From Acaryochloris marina S15 (GTDB taxonomy: Bacteria > Cyanobacteriota > Cyanobacteriia > Thermosynechococcales > Thermosynechococcaceae): a DNA stretch of 32,000 bases. The stretch spans positions 5,580,001 through 5,612,000 of the forward strand of contig NZ_CP064923.1 in the NCBI RefSeq assembly GCF_018336915.1, in the 5' to 3' direction. The position numbers were made by a program, and so were the translations under genes. Of this stretch, positions 1 to 9,239 are shown in pieces; the first letter of the stretch is position 1, and each line of letters starts with the position of its first letter. The notes below the pieces were generated by a model. That model searched no databases. It worked only from the letters and a program-made list of their open reading frames with translations, and had not been told where the DNA came from.

Positions 1-1
1 C

Positions 2-1051
2 CTGACTCGACTCCTGACTCAGTTAAACAAGGCTAAACCCCAGGCCATCGGCTTAGACATTTACAGAGATTTTACCGTTGATCCGAACTACCCCCAACTC
101 GCGACCCAACTCAAGAACAATGAGCGCTTAGTAGTTCCCTGTAAAGGGAGTGATTCATCCAGTAATACAGATGGCATCGCGCCTCCAACTGAAGTACAAG
201 CACCCAATCGCATCGGTTTTACAGATTTTATCGAAGATGGAGATGGGGTGTTACGCCGACATATCCTTCATATGAACCATGAGCCTGCCTCTCCCTGTCA
301 AGCGTCTTTCTCCTTCGGTTCTCTGTTAGCCTTCCATTACTTGGAACAGCAGTCACCCCAGACATTTTCCCTCAAGTTTGCTGAACCCGAAGGCCACCCC
401 TTGGAGTTGCAGGTTCAAACGGATCAACCTGGTACCGGAACAACACGAACCACAATCTTTAAACAACTACAGCCCCATGGCGGCTATCAAGGGATTAACG
501 ATGACCGCATGAGAGGCTTGCAATTAATGCTAAATTATCGAGCCTTAAAGAGACCGACAGACATTGCCAAAACGGTAACTTTGGAGCAAGTACTGGCGGG
601 ACAAGTTAATGCCAATGCGATTAAAGACAAGGTTGTTTTAGTGGGAGTCCAAGCGAGTGGATCTGGAGATTTTTGGTCTACTCCCTACGGTGCTGGCCCC
701 ACTCAGAAGGTGGCAGGTGTTTTTGTGCAGGCTCATATGGCCAGTCAGATCATCAGTGCCGTTGAAGATCAACGTTCCTGCTTCAAAATATGGCCTCAAT
801 GGGCTGATGGTCTTTGGATCTGGGGCTGGGCAATGATGGGCGGCATCGTTGCTATTGTCTTCAAACTCACAACTCGCACCGGTGTGATCAGCACTGTTTT
901 AGTGAGTGGATTGTTCAGCCTCTGTTTATGGGGCCTGATACAGGCCATCTGGATGCCGCTCATACCGTCCCTGATAGCTTTTGTCATCACGACCGTTGCG
1001 GTGCTGTTAGTGCGCACCAAAAAAATTGATCATGATCATCCAGCTTCTTAA
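2..1051 (+). CDS. CHASE2 domain-containing membrane sensor, 5'-truncated by the window edge, with no C-terminal output domain
   Basis: Frame 2 is open from nt 2 (LTRLLTQLNKAKPQAIGLDIYRDF..., CHASE2-like) and continuous with tracked ORF 248..1051. The C-terminus has three hydrophobic helices (LWIWGWAMMGGIVAIVF, VISTVLVSGLFSLCLWGLI, IPSLIAFVITTVAVLLV), then a stop 13 codons later. Confidence 0.75.
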   Translation: MTRLLTQLNKAKPQAIGLDIYRDFTVDPNYPQLATQLKNNERLVVPCKGSDSSSNTDGIAPPTEVQAPNRIGFTDFIEDGDGVLRRHILHMNHEPASPCQASFSFGSLLAFHYLEQQSPQTFSLKFAEPEGHPLELQVQTDQPGTGTTRTTIFKQLQPHGGYQGINDDRMRGLQLMLNYRALKRPTDIAKTVTLEQVLAGQVNANAIKDKVVLVGVQASGSGDFWSTPYGAGPTQKVAGVFVQAHMASQIISAVEDQRSCFKIWPQWADGLWIWGWAMMGGIVAIVFKLTTRTGVISTVLVSGLFSLCLWGLIQAIWMPLIPSLIAFVITTVAVLLVRTKKIDHDHPAS

Positions 1052-1082
1052 ATCCTCATCCCCAGTAAAGGAGATTTCGTTT

Positions 1083-1931
1083 ATGCTGACTGCCCAACCT
1101 TTTTCTCGATCAATGCTGCTAACCTTAGCAGTTTGTACCATGGCAAGTGCAGGACTTTCTGGGCGCACACCCCATGTAATGGCCATGCATCAGCACCACC
1201 ATCTGACCTTTACCATGCCAACTCCCCCCAGCGACCCCGGCGCCCCGACCGGTCGGCGTGAAGGTGGAAGCAGTCGTGGCGATAAAATTTACACTTTATG
1301 TAAGACGGAAGCAGAAGCAGCCAACAAACAATGTGCAACGTCCCGATTAACCGCTCTAGTACCTGAAATTGATGCAGAAAAACAGATCTGGGGGCTGACA
1401 ACAGCTGATCACCCGGAATTCCTCTTCTACTTATCGAAGTTCAGAACCCCAGAACAACCCCAAACCACACGCCTGAACATTGAATTCGTCTTGCAAGACG
1501 AGAACGATCAATACGTCCACAAAACCCGTTTTGCTTTACCGTTGACGGAAGGTGGCATCATTCGTATTCCTATTCCTGCAAACCGAGATCCTTTACAGGT
1601 GGGCAAGCGATATACCTGGACGCTTTTGACAAAATTCGGACCGAACGAGACCAATTATGTACACGGCAGAATCTACCGTGTACAGATGGACACCCAACGC
1701 CAGCAGCAATTGCCAACAGCTTCCCCCTTGAAGCGTTTGGAAATCTATTTGGAAGAAGGCTTATGGTTCGATGCAATTTCGATGTTGGTTGATTTAAAGC
1801 AAGATGCTCCCCAAGATCTAACGCTGATCTCAAAATGGAACAGTTTGTTAGACAATATCAATCTCAAAGAACTGGCCACTGAACCCATGCTGTCCTGTTG
1901 TACCCCTGAACCCCATTTATCCCTCAAATAA
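1083..1931 (+). CDS. DUF928 domain-containing secreted protein
   Basis: ATG at 1083 follows AAGGAG (1069-1074). N-terminal signal-like segment MLTAQPFSRSMLLTLAVCTMASAG. Remembered DUF928 hallmarks are present: PPSDPGAPTGRREGGSSRG, LTALVP, GLT..HPEF.FY, EFVLQDEND, PLQVGKRYTW. The 5' extension of the tracked ORF (1026) overlaps the upstream gene and is unlikely. Confidence 0.8.
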   Translation: MLTAQPFSRSMLLTLAVCTMASAGLSGRTPHVMAMHQHHHLTFTMPTPPSDPGAPTGRREGGSSRGDKIYTLCKTEAEAANKQCATSRLTALVPEIDAEKQIWGLTTADHPEFLFYLSKFRTPEQPQTTRLNIEFVLQDENDQYVHKTRFALPLTEGGIIRIPIPANRDPLQVGKRYTWTLLTKFGPNETNYVHGRIYRVQMDTQRQQQLPTASPLKRLEIYLEEGLWFDAISMLVDLKQDAPQDLTLISKWNSLLDNINLKELATEPMLSCCTPEPHLSLK

Positions 1932-1955
1932 TCAGGTCTTTGATGATGCCTGATT
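1930..1955. terminator. Hairpin between convergent genes (candidate bidirectional terminator)
   Basis: AATCAGG (1930-1936) pairs with CCTGATT (1949-1955) across a 12-nt loop, in the 42-nt gap between the DUF928 stop and the DUF1835 stop. There is no clear U-tract. Confidence 0.3.
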
Positions 1956-1973
1956 ATGGCTGTTGATAAACCG

Positions 1974-3269
1974 TTAGGAATAAGACAGGGTTTGAGTCTT
2001 TTGATTCCATTGCCAGCAAGGCTGGTTGGGCTGAATCCGTACGCCTCCTAACCAGCGATCGCACGTTTGTAGCGATCGCCAATGTTGCTGTTTATGGAGG
2101 AGAGCCAGTCCGAGTGGGGTAATGTCGAATAGGCGTTGCGGCCACGGTAAGTCTAGGGTTCCCGGCTGGACGGTGAGGGGCGAATTAGGAGCATCGAGGA
2201 GTTGTTGCAGCACAAACCAATACATGGTGTCTCCCAAATAGGGGAGGGGATCTCGCTCATGGATCAAAGCCTGAAACAGATCCTGGCCAAGACAGGCCCC
2301 TTCAGCCAAAATCGTCAAAGTCAAACGCTCCGTTAGGCTGAGGCCATCTTCTACCCAAGGGAATTCTTGTAAATGGCGCATGAGAGCAGGGGCGAGGGCA
2401 GACAATTTAGAGGTATCACTGGTCGCAATTGACCATAGATCTTTGGGAGAAGGAGCCGTCACCGCCTGCCAAGTGCGATCGCATAAGTGCATCTGTTCAG
2501 CGGTAATGGGCTGACGCTGGGACCACAGCAACGGCAAGGCTTCTACGGGTAACTGCCCTAACCCCCGAAAACATTGAATACCCGGAAAGGAATCAATGCA
2601 GATCAATTCTAGTTTTTGGGCATCTCCCAATTCATACCTAAAATAATGCAATAGGTAGGAAAGACTGAGCTGGTCATAACTATCAGCCTCAAACCACAAC
2701 ACAATGCGAGGATAGCGATGGCTGCCCTGCAGTTGATGGTATTCCAGACGAAGGCGATTGCGGACGGCTTCCAGTTCCATTTGATAGGCCGAGGCCATAA
2801 ATCCAGCCCGTCGTTCAATATACTCTGACCGATTGGTAAGTGACTGCACCGGCCCTTGGCAAAACGGATCGGTAAACGCTAAATAATCCCCCACAAACCC
2901 TGCCTGTTGTAGACTCTGTTCCAGATCAGAACCACAGCGGATATGGAGCGTGGGACAATCTGCATCCTGAGGCACGAGTTGTGGAGCCTTTAGCTTGTTC
3001 CGAATCCGCTCCATTTGGTCAATGTGCGCTTTCATTTGCGACCAGCTGGAAAACCGATTTTCTCGAGCAATCACCAGCTGAGCATCTGCTAACTGCAGCA
3101 GATTCATAAACATGACTTGTCCTGGCCGACAGTCAGGATGATACTTCTGAAAGCGATCAATCGATATAGGATCTCCCGCTTTTGCCTTTTTCAAAATATC
3201 TTTAGCACGCTTGCGTTGTTGCTCAAGATTCAAGCGGCCATCATTTTTTGAATCAGGGTGTTGGGGCAT
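1974..3269 (-). CDS. DUF1835/DUF3658-type protein with an N-terminal helical LEQQRKRAKDxLK module
   Basis: 431-aa ORF. The central TLHIRCGSDL...AGFVGDYLAFTDPFCQGPV matches my memory of the DUF1835 core. Codon composition matches the flanks. Confidence 0.6.
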   Translation of the reverse strand: MPQHPDSKNDGRLNLEQQRKRAKDILKKAKAGDPISIDRFQKYHPDCRPGQVMFMNLLQLADAQLVIARENRFSSWSQMKAHIDQMERIRNKLKAPQLVPQDADCPTLHIRCGSDLEQSLQQAGFVGDYLAFTDPFCQGPVQSLTNRSEYIERRAGFMASAYQMELEAVRNRLRLEYHQLQGSHRYPRIVLWFEADSYDQLSLSYLLHYFRYELGDAQKLELICIDSFPGIQCFRGLGQLPVEALPLLWSQRQPITAEQMHLCDRTWQAVTAPSPKDLWSIATSDTSKLSALAPALMRHLQEFPWVEDGLSLTERLTLTILAEGACLGQDLFQALIHERDPLPYLGDTMYWFVLQQLLDAPNSPLTVQPGTLDLPWPQRLFDITPLGLALLHKQQHWRSLQTCDRWLGGVRIQPNQPCWQWNQKTQTLSYS

Positions 3270-3919
3270 TTAGTTAAGAAAGTCACCTGCGTTCGCTCCT
3301 CAGGAAAAGGTTTTTAGCGTAACTAATGATGGGCGCAGCCCTTTCCGCGAACGTGGTGGTGCTCACAACACTCTATTGAGTAAATATACCAGCAATATTT
3401 TTATTTGCACAAGAATTTTTTACGTTGAGCAATAGCAAGAAACTAGCGTTAATCCAATGCCCGAGAACGTCTTAGATTCATCATTTTTCGGGAAAAAGTG
3501 AATGTTTGCTCTTCTCATAAAGATTATGAGGTATAAGTTATAGCAATATTTAGACGATACTGAGAACAACCCATTTAAATACCCAAATCATTGGCCAATG
3601 AGGCTAACTTCCACATCATTCTCAAATCAAAAAGACAATGTTTGCTACAGGAAATATAGAAAACATTATCTACAAAAAAGAAAACTATAACTACTTAAGT
3701 AAGATAGATAACATACACAAAATTCAAGACTGCACACCAGCCGTTTCCAGGACTCACTAGTCTTGAGCTGTAGAGAATACCTCTATTAATGTGGTTACTC
3801 CGTCGTGTCAGAGTAATGCAAGTTTCAACGGCTATGCCTGACACAATACACTTCAGACAATAGCTTTTCCAGCACGGCGATACAGCGGAGCAAGCTCCCG
3901 TGCATCGCTTGTTTATCAA

Positions 3920-3990
3920 AGGCGGCACCCAGATTCGAACTGGGGATAAAGGCTTTGCAGGCCCCTGCCTTACCACTTGGCTATGCCGCC
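3920..3990 (-). tRNA. tRNA-Cys (anticodon GCA)
   Basis: The reverse complement reads GGCGGCA-TA-GCC-AAGTGGTAA-GGC-A-GGGGC-CTGCAAA-GCCTT-TATC-CCCAG-TTCGAAT-CTGGG-TGCCGCC-T. This is a full cloverleaf with GTTCGAAT in the T arm and GCA in a 7-nt anticodon loop. CCA is not encoded. Confidence 0.93.
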
Positions 3991-4149
3991 ATTGGAGAAC
4001 TTTTAGTTACTAACCTTGAGGTTAGCAATTTTACAAAAAGCTCAGCAATCATTAACCATATCATGGTTTAGAGAAGAATGGCTGCATAGACGCTAGTACT
4101 TGAGTTATCACTCCAGCAGGCTCAGCCCAGCAGCCCATTTATTCATGAA

Positions 4150-4377
4150 TTACAAACCCTCTTTGGGAACCAGAGCCCACCACCCAAAGGACGGCCCCAC
4201 AAATCGAACGACTATCCAGGAGAGCAGGACAATAAACACTCCAACCCAACTCCCTTTCATTACCAGGTTATAGATTTTCTCCAGCTGGCTCTTAGTCACA
4301 GGGAACCAAGACACCATTCTAGATTCTTTACCATAGTCGTTGCCTAAGGCTTCTTGACGACGTTTTGCTTCACCCAT
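4150..4377 (-). CDS. Small conserved cyanobacterial membrane protein (DUF2839-like)
   Basis: 75-aa ORF starting MGEAKRRQEALG, with one C-terminal TM helix (WVGVFIVLLSWIVVRFV). The family name is from memory only. Confidence 0.5.
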   Translation of the reverse strand: MGEAKRRQEALGNDYGKESRMVSWFPVTKSQLEKIYNLVMKGSWVGVFIVLLSWIVVRFVGPSFGWWALVPKEGL

Positions 4378-4491
4378 TTCTTTTCCCTAATCTAGACAAC
4401 TAAAGTAGCAAGCAGTGCTGCTTAAATCTTATCGACAAAATGGGGTTGGACTACAGTGGGATCATTCTGATTTAAGATACGGTTCAATTAT

Positions 4492-6039
4492 CTAGAGCCG
4501 CCGGTGACCAGATGTTGATGATGTCGCGAATAAGCTGTCATCCAGATAGTTAATGCGCGAATAGGGACTCATTGCCGTTAAGACTTGTTGGCCATAGCTG
4601 CGATGTAAGACCCGATTATCGAATAGAGCCACGATGCCTTGATGACGTCTGATGGGTGCGATCGCAGCCTGTAGCGTTCGCAAAGCCGTGGGTAATAAAT
4701 AGAGACGGAACCAGTCTTGGCGATGCTGCTTATAGTAAGCCACCCGACCCGCGACCCGCGGATCTTCCAAGGAAGGGATAGGTAGAGTCGCCACAACCAG
4801 CAGGGCAGGAATGGGCAGGGTGGCCTGATGCTGTAACCAATAGTCCCAACCTGTAATCAGAATTGTTTCTGCGTCCAGATCTGACGTTTCCATCTGCACC
4901 CGAGAGCCAAATTCAGATGCCATCGCTGTTGCCATTTGACGCTGCATCGGCGTGTCTTCGATAATAATGACCGTCGGTCCACCGGGCTGAGCATTAGCCA
5001 CCATGAGTAGATGCAGCTGCTTAAGTAAGGCCCCTTGAAAAGCAGGGGTATTGGGCATGGGTAAGCCATCTGGCAGATACAGCTGCACCGCTTCTGCTTC
5101 CCGGTTGGCTCCAAATTGGACATAGGTCATGTCTTCGAGGCCCAATTGCTGGCGAAACAGCTTCGCCTCGGGTTCGAGATCAAAACTACTGCCCATCAGC
5201 ACCACCGGCTGTCGCGACCATAGCCCCTGCAAACTGCGATTCACTTCATTGGGGGCACAGTGCAAAATAAAAGCACCGTTGGCGCGGTTCAGACCACTCC
5301 AAAGTAAATGATGGTCGGACCGATAGGCTTGCCAGAACTGCTGCCAATTCGGTGGACTAAGGGTCATATCATGAGCCAGAACCGCCAGATGCAGCTGGGC
5401 TAGGACATGACGCTCTTTCTGCTCAATCAGGGTGTGGCCATAGGGATTTTCAGGATGCTGAAAGAGAGCACGGGTCAGCTTGACACGAGTCTCTCGAATC
5501 AGCTCTAACAGCGGCGGATAACACCAAGTGAGTTGCTCCCAGTCTGGTGGGTGTAAGGACAGGGTGAGCTGCTGCTGAGCCCAACCTTCGATTTGGTCGG
5601 CATTATCAATCAGAGTGGGGATATCGGTGGGAAACTGATAGGTCTGGGTGAGATAGTCTCGGAACCACGCCTCGGGGGTCACTAGTAACACCCCTTTAAA
5701 GTGATCGCCGGGCCAGTGGTCAGAGGCCAAAATTGGCTTCTTAATCTGCATCCATTCGTGGAGATGGGGCATTTCAGCCCGGAGCAGTTGCTGTTGTGCA
5801 GCCAAAGGGGCCACTAAAATCACGGCTTCTCGCCAGATCATCAGAGGCGCCAAATAGCTGAGACGGTGGAGCCCCTGATGTTTAGCGGCAGCACTAATTT
5901 GGATGAGGGCACTCCGTCGCAATCGGAAGGCTCGGGCAACGAGGCGAGCAATGGTGAGGTGATGAGGCCATTGATCAGATCCCTGATCCCGCAAGAAAGC
6001 ATGGAGTTGGCGGTGGACTTCGACCTCAATCACAATCAA
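4492..6039 (-). CDS. DinG/Rad3-like helicase-related protein with degenerate ATPase motifs
   Basis: 515-aa ORF with an apparent TTG start at 6039. The layout resembles the short cyanobacterial DinG-like proteins. The Walker A position reads ISAAAKHQGLHRLSYL (no GxGKS/T). The DEAH-box position reads TLIDNADQIE. Confidence 0.6.
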   Translation of the reverse strand: MIVIEVEVHRQLHAFLRDQGSDQWPHHLTIARLVARAFRLRRSALIQISAAAKHQGLHRLSYLAPLMIWREAVILVAPLAAQQQLLRAEMPHLHEWMQIKKPILASDHWPGDHFKGVLLVTPEAWFRDYLTQTYQFPTDIPTLIDNADQIEGWAQQQLTLSLHPPDWEQLTWCYPPLLELIRETRVKLTRALFQHPENPYGHTLIEQKERHVLAQLHLAVLAHDMTLSPPNWQQFWQAYRSDHHLLWSGLNRANGAFILHCAPNEVNRSLQGLWSRQPVVLMGSSFDLEPEAKLFRQQLGLEDMTYVQFGANREAEAVQLYLPDGLPMPNTPAFQGALLKQLHLLMVANAQPGGPTVIIIEDTPMQRQMATAMASEFGSRVQMETSDLDAETILITGWDYWLQHQATLPIPALLVVATLPIPSLEDPRVAGRVAYYKQHRQDWFRLYLLPTALRTLQAAIAPIRRHQGIVALFDNRVLHRSYGQQVLTAMSPYSRINYLDDSLFATSSTSGHRRL

Positions 6040-6040
6040 A

Positions 6041-6092
6041 AATGAAATGACAATGCATGACTTTCATTCTGGCACAGTCTCTAGATTGTGCC
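6041..6092 (-). terminator. Two adjacent hairpins in the trpD to dinG-like spacer
   Basis: On the minus strand, GGCACA..TGTGCC (6071-6092) is followed by AATGAAA..TTTCATT (6041-6068) and then TTTTTG. The second hairpin abuts the TTG start of the downstream gene, so it could be a terminator, an attenuator or a translational element. Confidence 0.3.
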
Positions 6093-6103
6093 GAACACCC
6101 GCC

Positions 6104-7147
6104 TTAAGCCTGCTGTAAAAAGGCCACTAATGCTTGCAGCTTCTCCCAAGCAGCACCGCTAGCCAGAATGGCTTTGGCTTGGGTCACCCCCTCACCATAG
6201 GTCTCTACAGCATGACCGACAAATAAGGCTAATGCTGTATTCAAGGCCACAACATCCGTTTGGGCGGCTGTGCCTTTGCCTTGGAGCACCGCCTGCAAAA
6301 TTTCGGCATTTTCGTCCACGCCACCCCCTTGTAGGGCTGTCAGGGGCGCTGCAGTCAGCCCTAATTCCGCAGGCTCCAAAATATCTTGACTCACCTGCCG
6401 ATCATCAACAACCGCAATATCGGTCAGATCGCCCAATCCGGCTTCATCCAAATTTTCTCGCCCATGCAAAACGACGGCTCTTTGCACACCCAAGGTCTTG
6501 AGCGCTGAGGCGAGGGGGTAAAGCAAGGCTGGATCGTATACGCCTAGCACTTGTCCTGTGGGTCGGAGGGGATTGACTAATGGCCCTAACAGATTAAAGA
6601 TGGTGCGAACTTTCAGGGTTTTGCGCAGGGGCACCACTGCTTTCATGGCAGGGTGCCAACCGGGGGCAAACAAAAACGTAATCCCCACCTCTGCCACAGC
6701 AGCCTGAATTTTCTCCGGTGGAGCAGCCAGATTGATACCCAAGGCTTCTAAAACATCAGCGGATCCCACCCGGCTAGAGGCAGAACGATTGCCATGTTTA
6801 GCAACAGGGATTCCAGCAGCAGCAGCCGTAAAGGCCACGGCAGTGGAGATATTAAAGGTTGAAGCGCCATCTCCCCCAGTCCCACAGGTATCAATCAGGG
6901 GAGAAGGCATAACCACCTGTGACTCTACAGATTGCTGCAGCAGTACGGTCGCCATCCCCGATAACTCGTCCGCCGATACTCCTTTCGCCTGCAGTGCTGC
7001 CAAAATCGCTCCTGATACAACTGGAGGCACGGCATCTTGCAGCCAGCCTTCCATCAATTGAGAGGCTTCAATTTGGGTCAAGGACTGACCCTCTAGGAGT
7101 TGTTGTAGGAGTTGAGACCCATCCAGGGTCTCTGGCGCTAACGTCAT
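6104..7147 (-). CDS. trpD: Anthranilate phosphoribosyltransferase
   Basis: 347 aa with an ATG start. It has the diagnostic [33 protein letters not shown] and GPLVNP motifs. Confidence 0.95.
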   Translation of the reverse strand: MTLAPETLDGSQLLQQLLEGQSLTQIEASQLMEGWLQDAVPPVVSGAILAALQAKGVSADELSGMATVLLQQSVESQVVMPSPLIDTCGTGGDGASTFNISTAVAFTAAAAGIPVAKHGNRSASSRVGSADVLEALGINLAAPPEKIQAAVAEVGITFLFAPGWHPAMKAVVPLRKTLKVRTIFNLLGPLVNPLRPTGQVLGVYDPALLYPLASALKTLGVQRAVVLHGRENLDEAGLGDLTDIAVVDDRQVSQDILEPAELGLTAAPLTALQGGGVDENAEILQAVLQGKGTAAQTDVVALNTALALFVGHAVETYGEGVTQAKAILASGAAWEKLQALVAFLQQA

Positions 7148-7151
7148 AAAA

Positions 7152-7640
7152 CTATCCTGAGGCGAGAGTGGTGAGAGCAGACCCCGTGACCCGGCAAATT
7201 CGCCAGTCGGGGAGAACGGTTGCTCCTAGTGTTTCATAGAATGCGATCGCAGATTCGTTCCAATCCAACACACTCCATTCCAAGCGACCATAATCCCGCT
7301 CTGTCACTAAGTTTGCTAAGCACTGCAGCAATGCTTTACCAATCCCTTGCCCCCGATGGCGCTCTTGCACATACAGATCTTCCAAGTACAAACCGGGCTG
7401 AGTTAAAAAAGTCGAGTAGCTTGTAAAGAACAGGGCATAGCCGATGATCTGCTGATCCCTTTCAGCCACTAGCGCCTCTATGTAAGGTCTATCACCAAAT
7501 AAGTGATTCTCTAAAGCATCTACACTGCCAGTGACCGCATCTTCTAAATGCTCATACTGGGCAAGTTCTAGAATCAGCCCAAACAATGCTGAGACATCCC
7601 CCTTCTCAACGGCACGAATTGAAATAGTTACATTCGCCAT
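7152..7640 (-). CDS. GNAT family N-acetyltransferase
   Basis: 162 aa. The acetyl-CoA binding motif is [12 protein letters not shown]. The stop lies 4 nt upstream of the trpD start, suggesting one operon. Confidence 0.8.
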   Translation of the reverse strand: MANVTISIRAVEKGDVSALFGLILELAQYEHLEDAVTGSVDALENHLFGDRPYIEALVAERDQQIIGYALFFTSYSTFLTQPGLYLEDLYVQERHRGQGIGKALLQCLANLVTERDYGRLEWSVLDWNESAIAFYETLGATVLPDWRICRVTGSALTTLASG

Positions 7641-7642
7641 TT

Positions 7643-8116
7643 CTATTCCTCAGCCGCCGTAACGGTATTGGTAGACGAAAAACGCTCCGAGATCGCAGCC
7701 GTCATAATATGCGAGAGCAGGCCAATGGGACCCACCAACACACATAGAACTAACGAGTGGCTCGTCCAGATGCCCGTACGCTGACCTTCCCAGTAAATCC
7801 AGCGTCCCACAAACAAATCCATCACCAAAAAATGAACCCAAGCCGCCGCCGCTATCTGCTCTTGGCCAAACAACTGGGCAACATCAGCCAGGGTAGGATT
7901 CGCTAAGACCTTTGCTGATTCGGGGGTTAGGGCGACAGCAAATAGAGTAGTGTACACAATCGCCAAGCCCACAAAGGGCAAATAAGACGTAAGAAGGCGA
8001 CGGGTCCAATCCCACTGGGGCAGAATAATCATTAATGCCCAGAAGGGCAGCACAAATACGTTGGCAATCGTAAACCATTGAGAGATCGTCATCATCAAGA
8101 CCGTTACTGCGACCAT
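7643..8116 (-). CDS. ABA4-like / DUF4281 family membrane protein
   Basis: Four or five hydrophobic helices, with FVLPFWALMIILPQW typical of the family as I recall it. I prefer the ATG at 8116; the tracked TTG at 8131 is possible. The stop lies 2 nt upstream of the GNAT start. Confidence 0.55.
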   Translation of the reverse strand: MVAVTVLMMTISQWFTIANVFVLPFWALMIILPQWDWTRRLLTSYLPFVGLAIVYTTLFAVALTPESAKVLANPTLADVAQLFGQEQIAAAAWVHFLVMDLFVGRWIYWEGQRTGIWTSHSLVLCVLVGPIGLLSHIMTAAISERFSSTNTVTAAEE

Positions 8117-8224
8117 TTCCCCTATTGTCAACTGATTGGGGACTATCTGAGCAAGAAGTTCCTAGGGTTATGATCTAAGATGAATGAGTCTTGCGTCTAT
8201 CACTATTGAACTTAGGGAACACCT

Positions 8225-9229
8225 ATGCCACGCCGTCGTACGAAGACTTCTGGGTTACATCGTTGGTCACGACCACTGATTGGAGCCCTTGCTGTGTTGG
8301 GGGCTACGAATACAGGATATTTGACGGCCACCAAACTAGCAGGTGGAGAAGCAGCCTGCCCCACAAAAGGATGCGATCTCGTTCTGTCTAGCCAATATGC
8401 CACCGTCTTAGGTCAGCCCTTAGCGTTGTTTGGCCTGCTGGCGTATATTGCAATGGCTGTTTTTGCCCTGGCTCCGCTGGCCATCGGTGGCGACAACAAA
8501 GAGTTGCGAGCAACCGCTGAAAACATCACTTGGTTCCTTTTATTTATGGGATCCACAGCCATGATGTTTTTCAGTTGGTACCTGATGTACATCATGTACT
8601 CTAAGTTCGTGGTGCCCTTTGGCGCTGGCGCTATTTGCATCTATTGCATTGCCTCAGCGACTCTGGCCACCTTGATGTTCCTCCTCACCATTCTGGGACG
8701 GTCATGGGAGGATGTCGGTCAGCTTGTCTTTACAGGCATTATTGTTTCAGTGGTGACGTTAGTTGGCACTTTAGGCATCTACTCGCATATTGATAAGCCT
8801 GCAGCAGCCAATTCAGACACAGAGTACAAGATCACATCTGCAACGGACCAGGTATTCTTTACCATCACCGATTCCTCTGGAGAAGCTGAGCTAGAGTTAG
8901 CTAAACATCTCAAACAAACCGATGCCAAAATGTTTGGTGCCTTTTGGTGTCAACATTGTGCAGCTCAGAAAAAGCTGTTTGGTGTCCAAGCCATTTCTGA
9001 AATGCCATATGTTGAATGTGCACCGGAAGGTCCTAGCCCTCAAGTAGAGGTATGTAGTGAGGAATTAGGCAAAGCTAGCGAGAAGCTGCGACCCATTATT
9101 GGTCGAGATGCGGGGTTCCCAACATGGAAGATTGGCGATAACTACTATTCTGGACAGCAATCTTTAACAGACTTGGCAGAATATTCCGGTTACACCGGTC
9201 CCAAAGATTTCAAGAATGCACTGAAGTAA
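8225..9229 (+). CDS. Vitamin K epoxide reductase (VKOR) homolog fused to a thioredoxin-like domain
   Basis: 334 aa. It has the loop cysteine pair ACPTKGC, the active-site CIYC inside a TM helix, and a C-terminal Trx-like FWCQHC. This is the architecture known from the Synechococcus VKOR structure. Confidence 0.9.
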   Translation: MPRRRTKTSGLHRWSRPLIGALAVLGATNTGYLTATKLAGGEAACPTKGCDLVLSSQYATVLGQPLALFGLLAYIAMAVFALAPLAIGGDNKELRATAENITWFLLFMGSTAMMFFSWYLMYIMYSKFVVPFGAGAICIYCIASATLATLMFLLTILGRSWEDVGQLVFTGIIVSVVTLVGTLGIYSHIDKPAAANSDTEYKITSATDQVFFTITDSSGEAELELAKHLKQTDAKMFGAFWCQHCAAQKKLFGVQAISEMPYVECAPEGPSPQVEVCSEELGKASEKLRPIIGRDAGFPTWKIGDNYYSGQQSLTDLAEYSGYTGPKDFKNALK

Positions 9230-9239
9230 TTTTCGTCGA

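Noticed and set aside
3695-3976. 93-aa tracked ORF on the minus strand
   Set aside because: It overlaps the tRNA-Cys gene and runs through AT-rich spacer with no coding-like composition. It is best explained as chance.
6232-7149. Several 76-109 aa plus-strand ORFs inside trpD (6232..6501, 6732..7061, 6919..7149). Similar antisense ORFs lie inside the dinG-like, tyrA, permease, apt, FAD oxidoreductase, kinase and other genes.
   Set aside because: All are antisense to or nested in strongly supported genes, with Pro/Arg/Ser-rich translations typical of non-coding frames.
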